A stretch of 64,000 nt of DNA from Porphyridium purpureum (taxonomy: Eukaryota). Below the pieces are notes generated by a model, which was not told the origin of the DNA, ran no database searches, and saw only the letters and a list, made by a program, of their open reading frames with translations. Below, in pieces: positions 24,633 through 36,281 of this stretch (position 1 is its first letter; every line of letters starts with the position of its first letter). Both the position numbers and the translations under genes were made by a program. The stretch lies in the NCBI GenBank assembly GCA_008690995.1, contig VRMN01000006.1, positions 62,001 through 126,000 on the forward strand. The letters run 5' to 3'.

Positions 24633-26094
24633 AGTATGGCGGACCGTACGTGTGCTCACCCGTAGACGGAAACGTTGTTCACGTACTAATTCCCAACATG
24701 CGAGGGGCACCGCGCACGCAGAGTTACAGCATTCACAAGGTGAAGTGCTACACAAGCGCCAATTCGCTGGCAGCAAACTTGATTCTTGGAGCCCAAAGCG
24801 AAACCGTCGACACAGAGGACCCGTGGCTTAACTCCAAGATAAGGGAGCTGAGAGATCTTGTGAGGCGTGGCACCCTTGCACCAGCAGCGAAGGTTCCAGC
24901 AGGTGCGACAATCCTAGGATCTCGAATGGTCAACACGGTGAAAGCAAATGGGGAACACAAATCGCGTTTTATTGCTCAGGGATTCCGGGATCCAGAGGCT
25001 CAAGATACAACAGTGAATGCGCCTACACTTTCACGATACATGCTACGCGTCATTGTATCCGTAGTCACGGTGAAAGGATTCCCTCTGAAGTACCGCGATT
25101 ACTCCCAAGCGTATCTACAGAGCACTTGGGATCTCTCACGGGATGTGTACTTGCGCCTCAAACCGGAAGTGCGCGGGTTGCTGTCAAGAATCACGGAGTC
25201 GCCATATCGTGACCACGCACGCATCGTGCAGCCGCTGTACGGACTAAGAGAGTCAGGCACTTACTGGCACGCTACGCTAACCACGCGCTTGCGCGACCAG
25301 GGATTCAAGACAGCAGCACTTGATCCATGCGCGTTTTATCTGATGGAGCAAGGAAAGTGCATCGGTGGGGTCGGCGTTTTGGTCGACGAGACACTCATCT
25401 TCGGAAACGATGCGACGTTCGAGGCGGAATCCCGTGCTGCGCATGGATTGGAAAACAAGGGCACATGCCTTCTGCCATTCACATTCAATGGCGTCCAGAT
25501 CCAGAAGAGAAAAGGGTCCCTCATTTGCGACCAAAATGCGTATATCGATCGTGCTCTACATCCGTTAATCCCGTCGATATCCGGCTTTGATGAGTTTCGC
25601 TCGCTGCGTGGTAAATTGTCTTATTTGTCAACTGGGACACGTCCGGACATCCAGCACGTGATCGTGAAGCTTTCACAGGTGACTGAGATGTCGTACACCG
25701 AAGTGCACGCAAAGAAACTTCGGAGCACAGCAAAACTTGTGGATGCCAACCGAGTAGCTATACATTACGCTCCGCTTGACCCGGACACTCCACGAATCCG
25801 TGTTTTCGCTGATGCATCGTATGGGTCGAATGAGGACTTTACTTCCCAGCTAGGATTCGTCGTCTTCCTTGGCGATTCGTCAGAGACTATTCACTACTTG
25901 CACTCAACCTCGCACAAAGCAAAGCAGGTGGCACATTCGGTGATGAGCGCTAAGCTCCTTGCGCTGGTTCTCGCTTATGACTTTGCTGAAGGAATCCAGA
26001 ATGAGCTAAGACGGTGTGGACTACACGCACCGCTTGTGCTTGCAACAGACTCAAAGCAAATTTATGACGCCGTCGCGAGCAGCAGTATTCTGCA
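24633..26094 (+). pseudogene. pol: Copia-A Pol part 2 (RT and N-terminal RNase H)
   Basis: KSRFIAQGF, DYSQAYLQS, PLYGLRESG, LVDE (in place of YVDD), FADASYG. In frame with part 1 once element C is removed. Confidence 0.92.
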
Positions 26095-26509
26095 TGTTAC
26101 CAATGCTGTGCCTTTTACTCTCCTTCTTCTTCTTACCTCTTCTGTCTCCGAGCAAGACCTGACCGGCTAGTCCGGGCAGGCGCGTCGCCTTTTTATACCC
26201 TTACTTCCGCTAGGGACAGCAAGGCGCCAAGAGAAATGACAATGCAAATCATTGGCATTTCGGCGCGCGTCTAGAAGGTTCTGGAACCTCTAGAAGCTTC
26301 TAGAAACGGTTAAACGGTCTACCGGTTTAACGGCTTACCGGTTTCGGATTAACCGAACCGTTCTAGGTGACTGGGGTCGAACGGATAACATCTCCCCCCC
26401 TCTTGGCTCGACGTCTCGGCGAGACTCCAAACTAAGTTGCATTCTTGGCTCGAGGAACCCGCGCTCCGGGAGAAAACCTCTGCCTAGCAAACTTCTCACA
26501 ATTCCCAAG

Positions 26510-29500
26510 TCATTCAGAGTCAGACTCTTCGATAATTTTCAACAAGTCTGGCTCAGAATCGGACGCTGGCAGGTCGTCGGGTACTTCTTCATCATTTTCC
26601 CCTGCCATGTAGTCTTCGCGTCCATAGTATGGCTTCAGATGTTGGATCGGAAAAACATCATGACAAGCCACACCCTCGGGCAAAATCACTCGGTAAGCAT
26701 GCGAGCTTACCTTCTCAATGACAGGCACCGGACCAAGAAACTTTGGTGCCGCCAAATCACTCTTGTTCGGCCGCAATTGCGGCGCCGTGATCAACACTTG
26801 ATCACCAACTTGAAACTCCCGGGCATCCTTGTTTCGATCGAAGAACTTCTGCATTCTCCCTTGGGCTTCGATCAAATTGTCGCGGACTTCTTCATGGACT
26901 TTGCACAGGCGAAACCAGTGCTCCGCCATGTCCTTCGTCTGTCCGTCACGCGCAGGCCTCCACCCTTCGCTCGGTGGAAACCAAGGATCCCTTCCATACA
27001 CCACTTTGAACGGCGCGAATCCAGTGGCACTGCTTGGTGCAGAGTTGTACGCAAACTCGTACAACGGCAAGTCTCGCACCCAGCCACTATTCGTCGCCAT
27101 CAACTTGAGCATTTCTCGAATCACGCGGTTCACTCGCTCAGTTTGGCCATCTGTCTGCGGGTGGTTGGCAGTAGACATTGCCAACTTCATGCCCACCCGC
27201 TTGCTCAGCTGCTGCCAAAACGTTGACGTAAACAGCGGATCTCGGTCCGATACAATTGACTTGGGGTATCCGAAGCGGCTCACGACGTGCTTCACGAACA
27301 AGTCAGCGCAACGCTTTGCTGTCAAGTCCTTGCGCGTCGGGATAAACAGCGCCATCTTCGAATAGCGATCCACCACAGTCATGATTGCATCACAGCTGCC
27401 TTCGCTCCGAGGCAGCTCTGTCACAAAGTCTATCGAAATGTCGACCCAAGGTCCTTCTGGGATCGACAAGGGCTTCAGCTTTCCAAACGACCGATTCTCT
27501 GACTTTGTCACTTGGCACGCGTGACAAGTCTTCACAAAACGGCTCACGTCTCGCTTCATCTTTGGCCAGTAGAAGCGAGTTATCAAAGATGCATAAGTTG
27601 TGTCCGCTCCACGGTGCCCTGCTGTCGGGATATCGTGGTGGAGTTGCATGACACGCTCTCTGAACTTCCTCGGCACGCAAACGCGATTCCTCAAGTACAA
27701 GAGCCCAGCTTCGGTTCGAAAACCTTGGTGGGTCGGTAAATCTCCCATCAAAGTACCAAAGTCTGGGTCACTCGAGTACGAACCCACGAATGCCTGGAAA
27801 CCCGTACCAAATTCATCACACCGAACTTGGTACTCTAGCGCGTGCAACTCCGGCTTCCTCGACAAAGCATCGGCTACCACGTTCGACTTTCCCTTCACAT
27901 AGTCGATTGTGATATCAAACTCGGCCAAAAAGTCCAACCACCGTGCTTGCCGGCCATTCAGCTCCTTCTGCGTCATCAAATGTTTCAACGCCTCATGATC
28001 TGTGTGAAGCACAAACTTTGCCCCGTACAGATAAGGTCGAAACTCTCGCAGACAATGAATGACGGCCATGAGCTCTCCTTCATAGCTGCTGTACCTGGTC
28101 TCTCGGTCCAGCAGCTTCCTCGACGTAAACGCGACCGGTCTGCCTTCCTGTGCCAGCCATCCCCCCACCGCGACTTCAGAGCGGTCTGTGTACACCTCGA
28201 ATGGCTTCTCAGGGTCTGGCAAGGCCAACACCGGCGCCTCCGTCAACATCCCGACAATCTTCTTGAAGGCCGACTTGCCTTCATCTCCCAGTTCGATCAG
28301 CTGCTTCTTCGACTTTGCGTTCTGCAACAGCGAAGTCAGCGGCGCCACGACGGTAGAGTATCCTTTGACAAACCTGCGAAACCAGTTTGTCATTCCCAAA
28401 AAGGATCTCAACTCCGTCACCGTATTTGGCACTGGCCAATCTTTCAAAGCTTCCACCTTCCGTGGATCCATCTTCACGCAACCGTTGCCGACAATGTTCC
28501 CCAGGTATTCGACTTCAGAAACGAAGAAGCTGCACTTCTTGCGCTTCAAACGATACCCCGCCCTTTGCAAGCGCGACAACACTTCCTTCAGGACCTCGCC
28601 GTGCGACTGCCTATCCTTGGTAAAGACCAAAATATCGTCCAAGTAGACAATGACGGTCTTGTCCAGCAGATCTGCAAACAGCTCGTTCATGGCCCTCTGA
28701 AACGTTGCCGGCGCGTTGCAAAGACCAAACGGCATCACACGGAACTCGAACTGTCCGTACCTGGTCTGGAACGCGGTCTTTGGCACGTCCTCTCTCCGAA
28801 CACGCAACTGGTGGTACCCCGATGCCAAATCCAACTTTGAAAAACAATGAGCTGCGCCCAGTCGATCCAGCAACTCATCCATGTTCGGCAACGGATACCG
28901 GTCCTTCACAGTTGCGTCGTTCAACGCCCGATAATCAACGCACATCCTCATGCTGCCGTCTTTCTTCTTCACGAACAGCACGGGTGCTCCAAACGGGCTC
29001 TGACTCGGCTGGACGAATCCTTTGTCCAGCAAGTCATCCAAAGTCTCTCGGAGGACTTTCAACTCCGCAGGGCTCAGTCGGTAGACCCTGCCCACTCTCA
29101 CAGGCTTCTCATCTTTCAGCCTAATCACATGCTCCACTGTTCGGCTCTCAGGCAGCCCACGTGGCTCCTCGAACAGATTTTCGAAATCCTTGAGCATCTT
29201 TCTCACAGAGTCAGCTTCTTTGCGCTCCACTGAACAGGGCTTCTCCCTTCCTTTCAGCACGCCGAGGTAGCACTCTTCTACCTCCTGACTCTTCAACAGC
29301 CGACGGAGCTCTTTCCGTGGCACCAGCATCTGCGTCATGCTCCAGGCCTTTTTCTCTCCGTAGGCCAACATGCCAGACTGCCAATCAATCACTGGGTTCT
29401 CCCGCTTCAGCCACTCCATGCCCAAGATTGCGTCTTGTCCCGCAATCCGGCAAATGGCAAAGTTAGCGGCCCCTGAGTACCCATCGCTCAGTTCAAACTT

Positions 29501-29908
29501 GACATTGGAAACTTCTCCGGCTGTTTCCAATACAGACCCATCCGCTAGGGTCACATGATCTCTCTTCCACGACGCCTTCTGCTTCAGGCCGTCGGATTTC
29601 TGCACAAAGTCCACGCTCATGAAGTTGTCCGTCGCGCCACTGTCAATCAAAAACGTGGCCTCTCCGTCGGACTTGTGCACTTTTCCTCGAACTCGAAGAA
29701 GCATGGCAGCTCCCATCCCTCCAAGTTCCTTGATCACGGGCTGATTTGCGCTCGAGTTTCGCCCACAAGGTGTCGGACAGCCAGACCTTGGCTTACCAAG
29801 GCCACCACAGCGGTCTTCATTACCGCCCCTAGAGGTCTCGTAACGTGTGCGAGCCTCCTTTCCCTCTGACTGTCCGAGGAACCTCTCTACTCGAGCTCCT
29901 CGTTTTTT
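26510..29908 (-). CDS. pol: Element D1 Pol (PR-RT-RH-IN), reached by -1 frameshift
   Basis: IDSGAT, YLDD, YTDRS, H..H..C..C, HPQTDGQTERVN; uninterrupted. Confidence 0.95.
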   Translation of the reverse strand, partial: KKRGARVERFLGQSEGKEARTRYETSRGGNEDRCGGLGKPRSGCPTPCGRNSSANQPVIKELGGMGAAMLLRVRGKVHKSDGEATFLIDSGATDNFMSVDFVQKSDGLKQKASWKRDHVTLADGSVLETAGEVSNVKFELSDGYSGAANFAICRIAGQDAILGMEWLKRENPVIDWQSGMLAYGEKKAWSMTQMLVPRKELRRLLKSQEVEECYLGVLKGREKPCSVERKEADSVRKMLKDFENLFEEPRGLPESRTVEHVIRLKDEKPVRVGRVYRLSPAELKVLRETLDDLLDKGFVQPSQSPFGAPVLFVKKKDGSMRMCVDYRALNDATVKDRYPLPNMDELLDRLGAAHCFSKLDLASGYHQLRVRREDVPKTAFQTRYGQFEFRVMPFGLCNAPATFQRAMNELFADLLDKTVIVYLDDILVFTKDRQSHGEVLKEVLSRLQRAGYRLKRKKCSFFVSEVEYLGNIVGNGCVKMDPRKVEALKDWPVPNTVTELRSFLGMTNWFRRFVKGYSTVVAPLTSLLQNAKSKKQLIELGDEGKSAFKKIVGMLTEAPVLALPDPEKPFEVYTDRSEVAVGGWLAQEGRPVAFTSRKLLDRETRYSSYEGELMAVIHCLREFRPYLYGAKFVLHTDHEALKHLMTQKELNGRQARWLDFLAEFDITIDYVKGKSNVVADALSRKPELHALEYQVRCDEFGTGFQAFVGSYSSDPDFGTLMGDLPTHQGFRTEAGLLYLRNRVCVPRKFRERVMQLHHDIPTAGHRGADTTYASLITRFYWPKMKRDVSRFVKTCHACQVTKSENRSFGKLKPLSIPEGPWVDISIDFVTELPRSEGSCDAIMTVVDRYSKMALFIPTRKDLTAKRCADLFVKHVVSRFGYPKSIVSDRDPLFTSTFWQQLSKRVGMKLAMSTANHPQTDGQTERVNRVIREMLKLMATNSGWVRDLPLYEFAYNSAPSSATGFAPFKVVYGRDPWFPPSEGWRPARDGQTKDMAEHWFRLCKVHEEVRDNLIEAQGRMQKFFDRNKDAREFQVGDQVLITAPQLRPNKSDLAAPKFLGPVPVIEKVSSHAYRVILPEGVACHDVFPIQHLKPYYGREDYMAGENDEEVPDDLPASDSEPDLLKIIEESDSE

Positions 29909-30693
29909 GACTCCAGCGAGTCTCCCTCCAGCTGCTGAATAGTCTTCCTTGCCTCGGGACACTTCCTGGCGATGTGTCCCGGCCTTCCACAATTCCAGCA
30001 TTTGAGCTCGGTACGAACACGCCTCTGACCCTGCACATGTCCCAGCTCCATCGGGACGGGTCCTTCCTGCGCTGCACGACCGAAAAATGGCGTCCTCACA
30101 CTTGAATCACGCACGCCGCGGGTCGCATGAATGGCGTCGTCCACGACCACTGCCACCTGCGCAGCCTCCGCGAACGTACTCACTCCTCGCTTGTACACTT
30201 CCAAGCGGACCTCGGGCTTCAGACCCCTCACAAAGCGGTCCATCATTTCTGCGTCCGACAAGTCCGGAATCACAAGTGCCGCGTCCTGAAAAGCCGCCAC
30301 ATACGCATGGGCCGGGCCTTTCTGCGAAAGACGCGTCAACTTGTCCCTTGCACGCCTGATCGAATCCTGCGGCGTGAACCGAGCACTCACGAGGGCAGCA
30401 AAATCATTCCACGTCGTGGGGATCTCCTGCGGGTAGCGTTCGCAGTTTAGAACCCACCAATGAAGCGCCTCTCCCTCGAAGTAGTCTGATGCCAGGTCCA
30501 CAGCACGCCTCTCCGCAAGCAGACGTTTTTCCAAATCGTCCGGGTGGATGCTCTCCAACAGCCGGCCCAAGATCTTCTTTCTCGCCTGGAACAACCACGT
30601 CTTGACAACCAGAAGGTCACGCTTCCCGTCGAACCTCATCAGACGGGCCTCCTTCGGGCCACGTGGTCCCAGCGTCTCCGAATCAATCTCCAT
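29887..30693 (-). CDS. gag: Element D1 Gag
   Basis: Retrotrans_gag motifs and CWNCGRPGHIARKC. Confidence 0.92.
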   Translation of the reverse strand: MEIDSETLGPRGPKEARLMRFDGKRDLLVVKTWLFQARKKILGRLLESIHPDDLEKRLLAERRAVDLASDYFEGEALHWWVLNCERYPQEIPTTWNDFAALVSARFTPQDSIRRARDKLTRLSQKGPAHAYVAAFQDAALVIPDLSDAEMMDRFVRGLKPEVRLEVYKRGVSTFAEAAQVAVVVDDAIHATRGVRDSSVRTPFFGRAAQEGPVPMELGHVQGQRRVRTELKCWNCGRPGHIARKCPEARKTIQQLEGDSLESKNEELE

Positions 30694-31559
30694 GCTTTCT
30701 GGAAACAAGCACGCTCAACGACGACAACAACACGAACAGCAAGCCTCCGATGCTCACTTTCTCCAACAGCTGCGCGCAACACGAACGGGCTCGGTCGCCC
30801 TCACGAACACAAATCGACACACGAAGCGGTCCTCACGCACACACACGCACGGCAATCCTCTCACGCACACACAACAAAGCACACAGCAATCCTCCTCTGT
30901 TGCGCTGGATGGGGAGCGGCCCGGGCCTTTGCACTGGGGCGGGGATTATAGATGCGATCTTGTATGGAGGTGTTCGGCGCCTACCTTCGCAAAGGTGGTC
31001 GTGCGACACTAGGATAAATCCTAATGAAGGCTGACCGTTACGGCTCTTGCCTACTAATACGTGCTAAGGCAGAGAGCGAGTCCGCCGTCAAGGCCTAGGC
31101 CTATCGTACAGCCAAGACTGAGACCCGCTTCCGCCCGTCGCACCCTCCGGATCGACTTACTCGAACCCCCTCACCCGCAGACTCTCCCACCCAGGCAACC
31201 CCAGAGAAACTCTAAGAGAACCTTAGAGCAACCCCAGGTAACCAGCGATGATACCAAATGTTACCAATGCTGTGCCTTTTACTCTCCTTCTTCTTCTTAC
31301 CTCTTCTGTCTCCGAGCAAGACCTGACCGGCTAGTCCGGGCAGGCGCGTCGCCTTTTTATACCCTTACTTCCGCTAGGGACAGCAAGGCGCCAAGAGAAA
31401 TGACAATGCAAATCATTGGCATTTCGGCGCGCGTCTAGAAGGTTCTGGAACCTCTAGAAGCTTCTAGAAACGGTTAAACGGTCTACCGGTTTAACGGCTT
31501 ACCGGTTTCGGATTAACCGAACCGTTCTAGGTGACTGGGGTCGAACGGATAACACTGCA

Positions 31560-31761
31560 AGAGAAGCGCCAAATGGTGCAACTGCTGTTGCTGCGCGAGG
31601 GCTTGGAGATGGGGCGCATAGCTGAGCTGATCCACGTCCCAGGAGTCCAAAACATTGCGGACGCTCTGACAAAAGAAAGGGAATGTCCGCTCTGGCACCG
31701 TGTGTTGGAACACGGAAAGCTCGCAGACGTCTACAACGCCCGCGTATTCTTGACGGAGTAG
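31560..31761 (+). pseudogene. pol: Copia-A Pol part 3 (RNase H C-terminus)
   Basis: EKRQMVQLLLLRE...HVPGVQNIADALTK continues SSILQ across the D1 TSD. Confidence 0.9.
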
Positions 31762-32321
31762 ACCGCGCACAGTTTGCCGAATCCGCCATTCGTATTTCGC
31801 AGAGGTTTTCCTTTTTTCGCTGAAGCCTCTGTAAGTCATCGGACAAATCGATATCATGAAAAAGAAACCACGGCTCCACCAGAAAACAAGAAAAGCAACC
31901 TTCAACATTTTCGAGAAGGTCGATGTGAAAGTGCTCTCGGTGAGAAAAGAAAAGAAGGCCAGTGTCAAAACTTTGGAGTTTCTCCTACAAAGCTGTACTT
32001 CTGCTCTGCAAGGTTAAATATTCCATGCAGGTAGCTGCCTCTTGCAGCTGTCGCAGACGGCGTCGTGGGGCGTACAGCACAGCCTCACCTCGTGCGTAAA
32101 TAGCGCGCCCCACTTTCGGGGGTGCGCTGTGGGATGCGAAGGTTAGAAGTAGAGATTAGCGTGGAGAATAGACAAGACTAAAAGTTTGTTGTGCTAAAAA
32201 GTGGCAAGGGGCTGAGAAGCTACCTTCTGCGAAGCCGATCGCACGTACGCTGTGGGAATCCCATTGGCGGCCGCGTAGCAGCCTTCTCCGCGCTGTGTAG
32301 GTCTCTCCGGGGTTGCTCACA

Positions 32322-32609
32322 TGTCATGACTCGCTCCCTCCGCCGTACCCCTTCCACGCACTGTACAGCACTGCCCCGCACTGTACCCTAACAATCCTTG
32401 TCCTTACCGGGCCGCGGTTATTCTTAGGTTCTTAAACAGTCTAACGGTTAGCGTAGGGTAGAGAAGAGTACTTAAGACCGCCGTCGCGGCGATCTAGCAA
32501 GATTAAAGGGAGGGCCGATGGGGCCAGCAGGATTGGGGTATAGGTTCTCTGTACGGCCGGGCTAGCGGAGGAGGGGAGTGAGTGGGCCATTCGGGACCAT
32601 GTCACGGCA
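32322..32609. mobile_element. Solo LTR (family E) inserted in the Copia-A 3' LTR
   Basis: TGTCATGAC...GTCACGGCA with 4-bp TSD CACA. Absent from the 5' LTR at 13310. Confidence 0.88.
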
Positions 32610-32647
32610 CACACCCCGTGAAACCGGTTAGAAAAAGCGACATTCTT

Positions 32648-34009
32648 CTACTCGCTCGAATCCGCTGCGGCACCAGTCTCTCAAGAGGTTATGAGCCCAG
32701 CCGTGCTGAGGCTGAGGGCAGACTGCAGCAACTACGCTGCTTGTACAGTGCAGATGAAGATGATACTGTGCCAGAAGCTCGCCTGGACGGCGATTGCTGC
32801 GGATGGGTCAGTTGATGCGGAAAAGGATAAGCGGGCGCTAGGCTTGCTTGGGGCGCATGTGGACCCACTGATCATGTACATTGTTGCAGATGCGAGGACC
32901 GCTCGCGAGGCATGGGAGCGCCTGGAGCTAACTGCGAAGGCGTCTGCGCCAACGTACGTTCGAGAGCTCAAGAGAGAACTTTCTAACTTCCGCGCGTCGC
33001 CGGGTGAACCTGCATCCCGACTCATCGGTCGGCTGACAGCGCTGTGTCGAGAGCTGACGCTAGCGGGGGCGCCTGCGAGCGATGAAGACGCCGTGAATGC
33101 TCTGCTGGACGAACTGCCGCGGAAGTATGGGGCAGTGGAACAAACCTGGATTGCCGGCGGAGGAAGGGCAAGCCTAAGCGCTATCCTGCCGCTCGTCTTG
33201 GTCGCTGAAAGAGCGGCAGCTCGAGAGAATGCCGCCGTGCCGGACCACGCACGAGCTCATGCCTTGCAAGCTGTCGGGAACCCAAGAGTTCCCAAGACTC
33301 TGCGTTGCCGGAACTTCAATCGGGTAGGTCATGTTCGCAGGGAGTGCCCTCTTGGCAGCCATAAAGGAGAACCGAAGCAGATGCAAAGCAGGCCATCTAC
33401 GTACTCTCTGGTCGCCTATTCAGCTGCAGAGAGTGCTTGCGCAATCGGTCGCGCAGAAAAGGAGGCGCCAGGAAAACCGACGTACGCCGAGGTTGTACAG
33501 CGCGTTGGTCCCGAGGAAGAGTGCGGAGAATTGGCAGTAACCGCCTCGGAGGTGGCGGAGGGAATCGGGAGGGATGACGGGTGGGTGCTGGACTCGGGCG
33601 CGTCGGCACACCTGACGTAGGACAAGTCTCTTTTGCGCAACCCGCAAAAAGCCAGGCAGGATATTATCACGGCGGACGGTAAGCGCCTGATGGGGACCCT
33701 CGTTGGGAGCGTGAAGCTTGGGGGTGGCGTCTTCCTAAATGACGTGCTCTTCGTACTAGGTCTCACCAAGAATCTGATGTCGGTCGCAGCCCTCGCAAAG
33801 CGTGGAGCAAGTGTACGATTCGACGGCACGAACTTCGCCGTGCAAGCAACCGAAACGACGGGCCAAGTCACTGGGATTGTTCTGAGCGGGCAGCTGCAAG
33901 ACAACTTGTATATCGTGTTTGTGCCGAAGACGCTGGAGCCGCTTTCGGGAACGGCGCAATATGCCGCTTCGGCCAAAACTGCATCCGCGAGAATGCGGAT
34001 GCACGAGCG
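32648..34009 (+). mobile_element. Copia-B remnant: LTR end, PBS, gag and protease with an in-frame stop, truncated at 34009
   Basis: GGTTATGAGCCC PBS of the copia/Ty5 half-tRNA-Met type at 32687-32698. Gag motif TAREAWERLE, a degenerate knuckle, and WVLDSGASAHLT followed by a stop. Confidence 0.85.
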
Positions 34010-34288
34010 TGTCACGGGACACAAAAGATGGTAATAGTTCAGCGATTTCATCGCGAAACGGCTTAACCGATGCTGAGATTATCGGGTTACTGGTTTAACG
34101 GTCCAAAGCGAGCACATCAGGGCGCTGAACGAAGTCGGTGCAAGAAACCGTTAAATTGATTGTAGGCATGATCCGTATGTATGACAAGAGAGGTCACAAA
34201 AGACAGCGCGAGCGTCGAAGCGGAAGAGCGAGAGAGAGAGACTTATACTGCGAAAGACGGTGGTCGCTCGAGAGGACCGTCCGTGACA
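34010..34288. mobile_element. Solo LTR (family B) without a TSD
   Basis: Diverged copy of 12717-12999; flanks GAGCG and CGCCA do not match. Confidence 0.9.
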
Positions 34289-36183
34289 CGCCAATCTCTT
34301 TTTTGTCGCGGACTTTGACGTCGGCGGAGCAAAGTTATACGGTCACCAAGCTGGCGTGCCTTGCAGTAGTTTGGTGTCTCAAAAAGGTACGACACTACGT
34401 TTTCGGCACAACCGTACGCATTCGCGCTGACCATGAACCTCTCCACTGGCTCCTGTCCATGAAAGAGCCAAGAGGAAGACTGGCGCGCTGGGCGCTGACG
34501 ATTCAGGACTTTTCATTCACCATCGAGAATATTAAAGGCCGCTTGAATCGAGTGCCCGACGCACTGTCACGTCTCGAACTGAACGCAGTGCGCACGCGTG
34601 CGCGACGAGATCCCGTCGCAGAGGATCCTGTAGTATCGACCGATGAAGATGATCCGCGCGCGTTTGGTCAAGCCGTGGACTACTAGCTCCCATCTCCGGA
34701 GAGGCTCAAGGCAGCGTACAGAGAGCACGAGCTGCTATCGAATGAGCTCGCGGCATTGCAAAAGTCCCCACGAGTATATTCCTATCCGGAGTACTATCTG
34801 GATGAAAGCGGGCTTGCGTGGGCCGCGCTGAAAGACAAACTGCGCAAGATAGTCCCTGATGGGCTAGTGGGCAGTATTTTAGATGTCTACCACTCAGCAC
34901 CTTTCAGCAGACATTTCGGAGTGTCCACGATGGCGGCACGTATATCCGACGCGGAGTTTTGGTGGCCTGGTTGGCTGGAAGACGTCTTGGAGTTCGTAAA
35001 GCAATATAGAACTCGTGCCGCGCGGAAGGGCGCACCGACCCCTATCACAAGCCACCGAATGGGAAAGCGGGTCATTACCCGGAGGTTCGAGGTCATTTCT
35101 GCGGACGTTTGAACGGTGACGCCGAAGACCAGCACTGGATATTCAAAAATCCTGGTAGTAAGTGACCTTTTCACCCGGTTCACCACGGCAATATGCGTGC
35201 GAGACGAGCGGGCAGAGACCATTGCCGATGCTTTTTTGCATCGTTGGGCTGCAATCTTTGGCCCGCCGGAAGCTCTTGTGAGCGACAAAGGGCCCTGTTT
35301 TCGAGCCGATGTCCTACGCCAATTATGCAAGATGCTGCGCGTTAGAAAACTGTTTACGACAGCGAACAATCCACAAGCCAACGGGATGGTTGAACGCTTT
35401 AACAGGACACTCGGCGACATGCTTTCTGCGTGGGTCACAGAGGACGATTAGGATTTGTGGTTGCCTGTCCGTGTGGCCGCGTTCAACCAGACTAGACGCA
35501 GCACGACGCAGAGGACGTCTTACGAGCTCATGTTCGGGTGAGAGGCCAATTCCTGGCTTGGACCCTTCAACCTGGCCGCCGAAGGGGAATTGGTGCCACA
35601 AGATATTGCAAGAAAGGAGCACGCCTTTGTGATTCTGTTGTGCAACCGGCTCGAGGAATTGCACCACGCAGTGGTTGAAAATGACAGCACCCGGGACGCC
35701 CGATGTCGAGAGCTTAACGCGTCATGTCGCATTGTTGACGTTGAACAGGGAGACTACGTGTTCCTTTGGAAGCCGCCGCTAGGCAGGGAGGGCCGAAAGC
35801 TGGCGGACCCTTGGGTTGGCCCTTTTGAAGTGAAGGGCGCTGACGAGCATCTTGCATGGCTCAAGACGCATGACGGCAAAGAAGTCTGCATGCATCGCCG
35901 ACGGCTGAAGAAGGCGGAACGTGTGTTACTGAGCAACGACACATTGCGCACGACCAGCCTGGGAAACGCCGACGGTGACATCGTTGAGGTGTCCGGTATG
36001 AAAGCTAGGCGCAAAGGAAGCGACGGGGCCGAGTGTCTTGCGGCTTGGAAGGGGGCGAGGAAGAAGGACTGGATGGGGGAAAGTTCCTCTGCCCTGCTGC
36101 CGGCCCTTGTGCGGGCGTTCAACCGCGGCAGCTTGCACCGCGGCACTGCACTGCGATCCACGTTGGGCGAGAGCTTTCTCTAG
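34289..36183 (+). pseudogene. pol: Degenerate Gypsy pol (RNase H, integrase, chromodomain relic) related to element F
   Basis: PISFLSRTL, KEPRGRLARW, YSYPEY, FWWPGW, PQANGMVERFN, with several stops. Confidence 0.9.
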
Positions 36184-36281
36184 TCGGTCCGGGCCGCCGG
36201 CTTTTAACAAGAGCTCCCGCCTTCTTCCGCGCTACTTCCCTATTCTTCCTTCCCTTCGACTTTGAGAAAGATGGCGGCTCA

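Larger units (their letters stand above)
26095..31554 (-). mobile_element. Element D1: intact Ty3/Gypsy LTR retrotransposon
   Basis: 296-bp LTRs at 26095-26390 and 31259-31554 that appear identical. TSD CTGCA. iMet-type PBS TGGTATCATCGCTGG. G-rich PPT. Confidence 0.96.
12665..32642 (+). mobile_element. Copia-A: Ty1/Copia (GalEa-like) LTR retrotransposon, interrupted by four direct insertions
   Basis: LTRs 12665-13339 and 31963-32642 (TGTC...GACA). 5-bp TSD TTCTT at 12660-12664 and 32643-32647. PPT at about 31942-31962. Domain order gag-PR-IN-RT-RH. Confidence 0.93.

Noticed and set aside
31963..32700. Tandem Copia elements sharing one LTR
   Set aside because: The LTR extends to 32642 and is followed by the TTCTT TSD. 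The downstream gag belongs to the older host element Copia-B.
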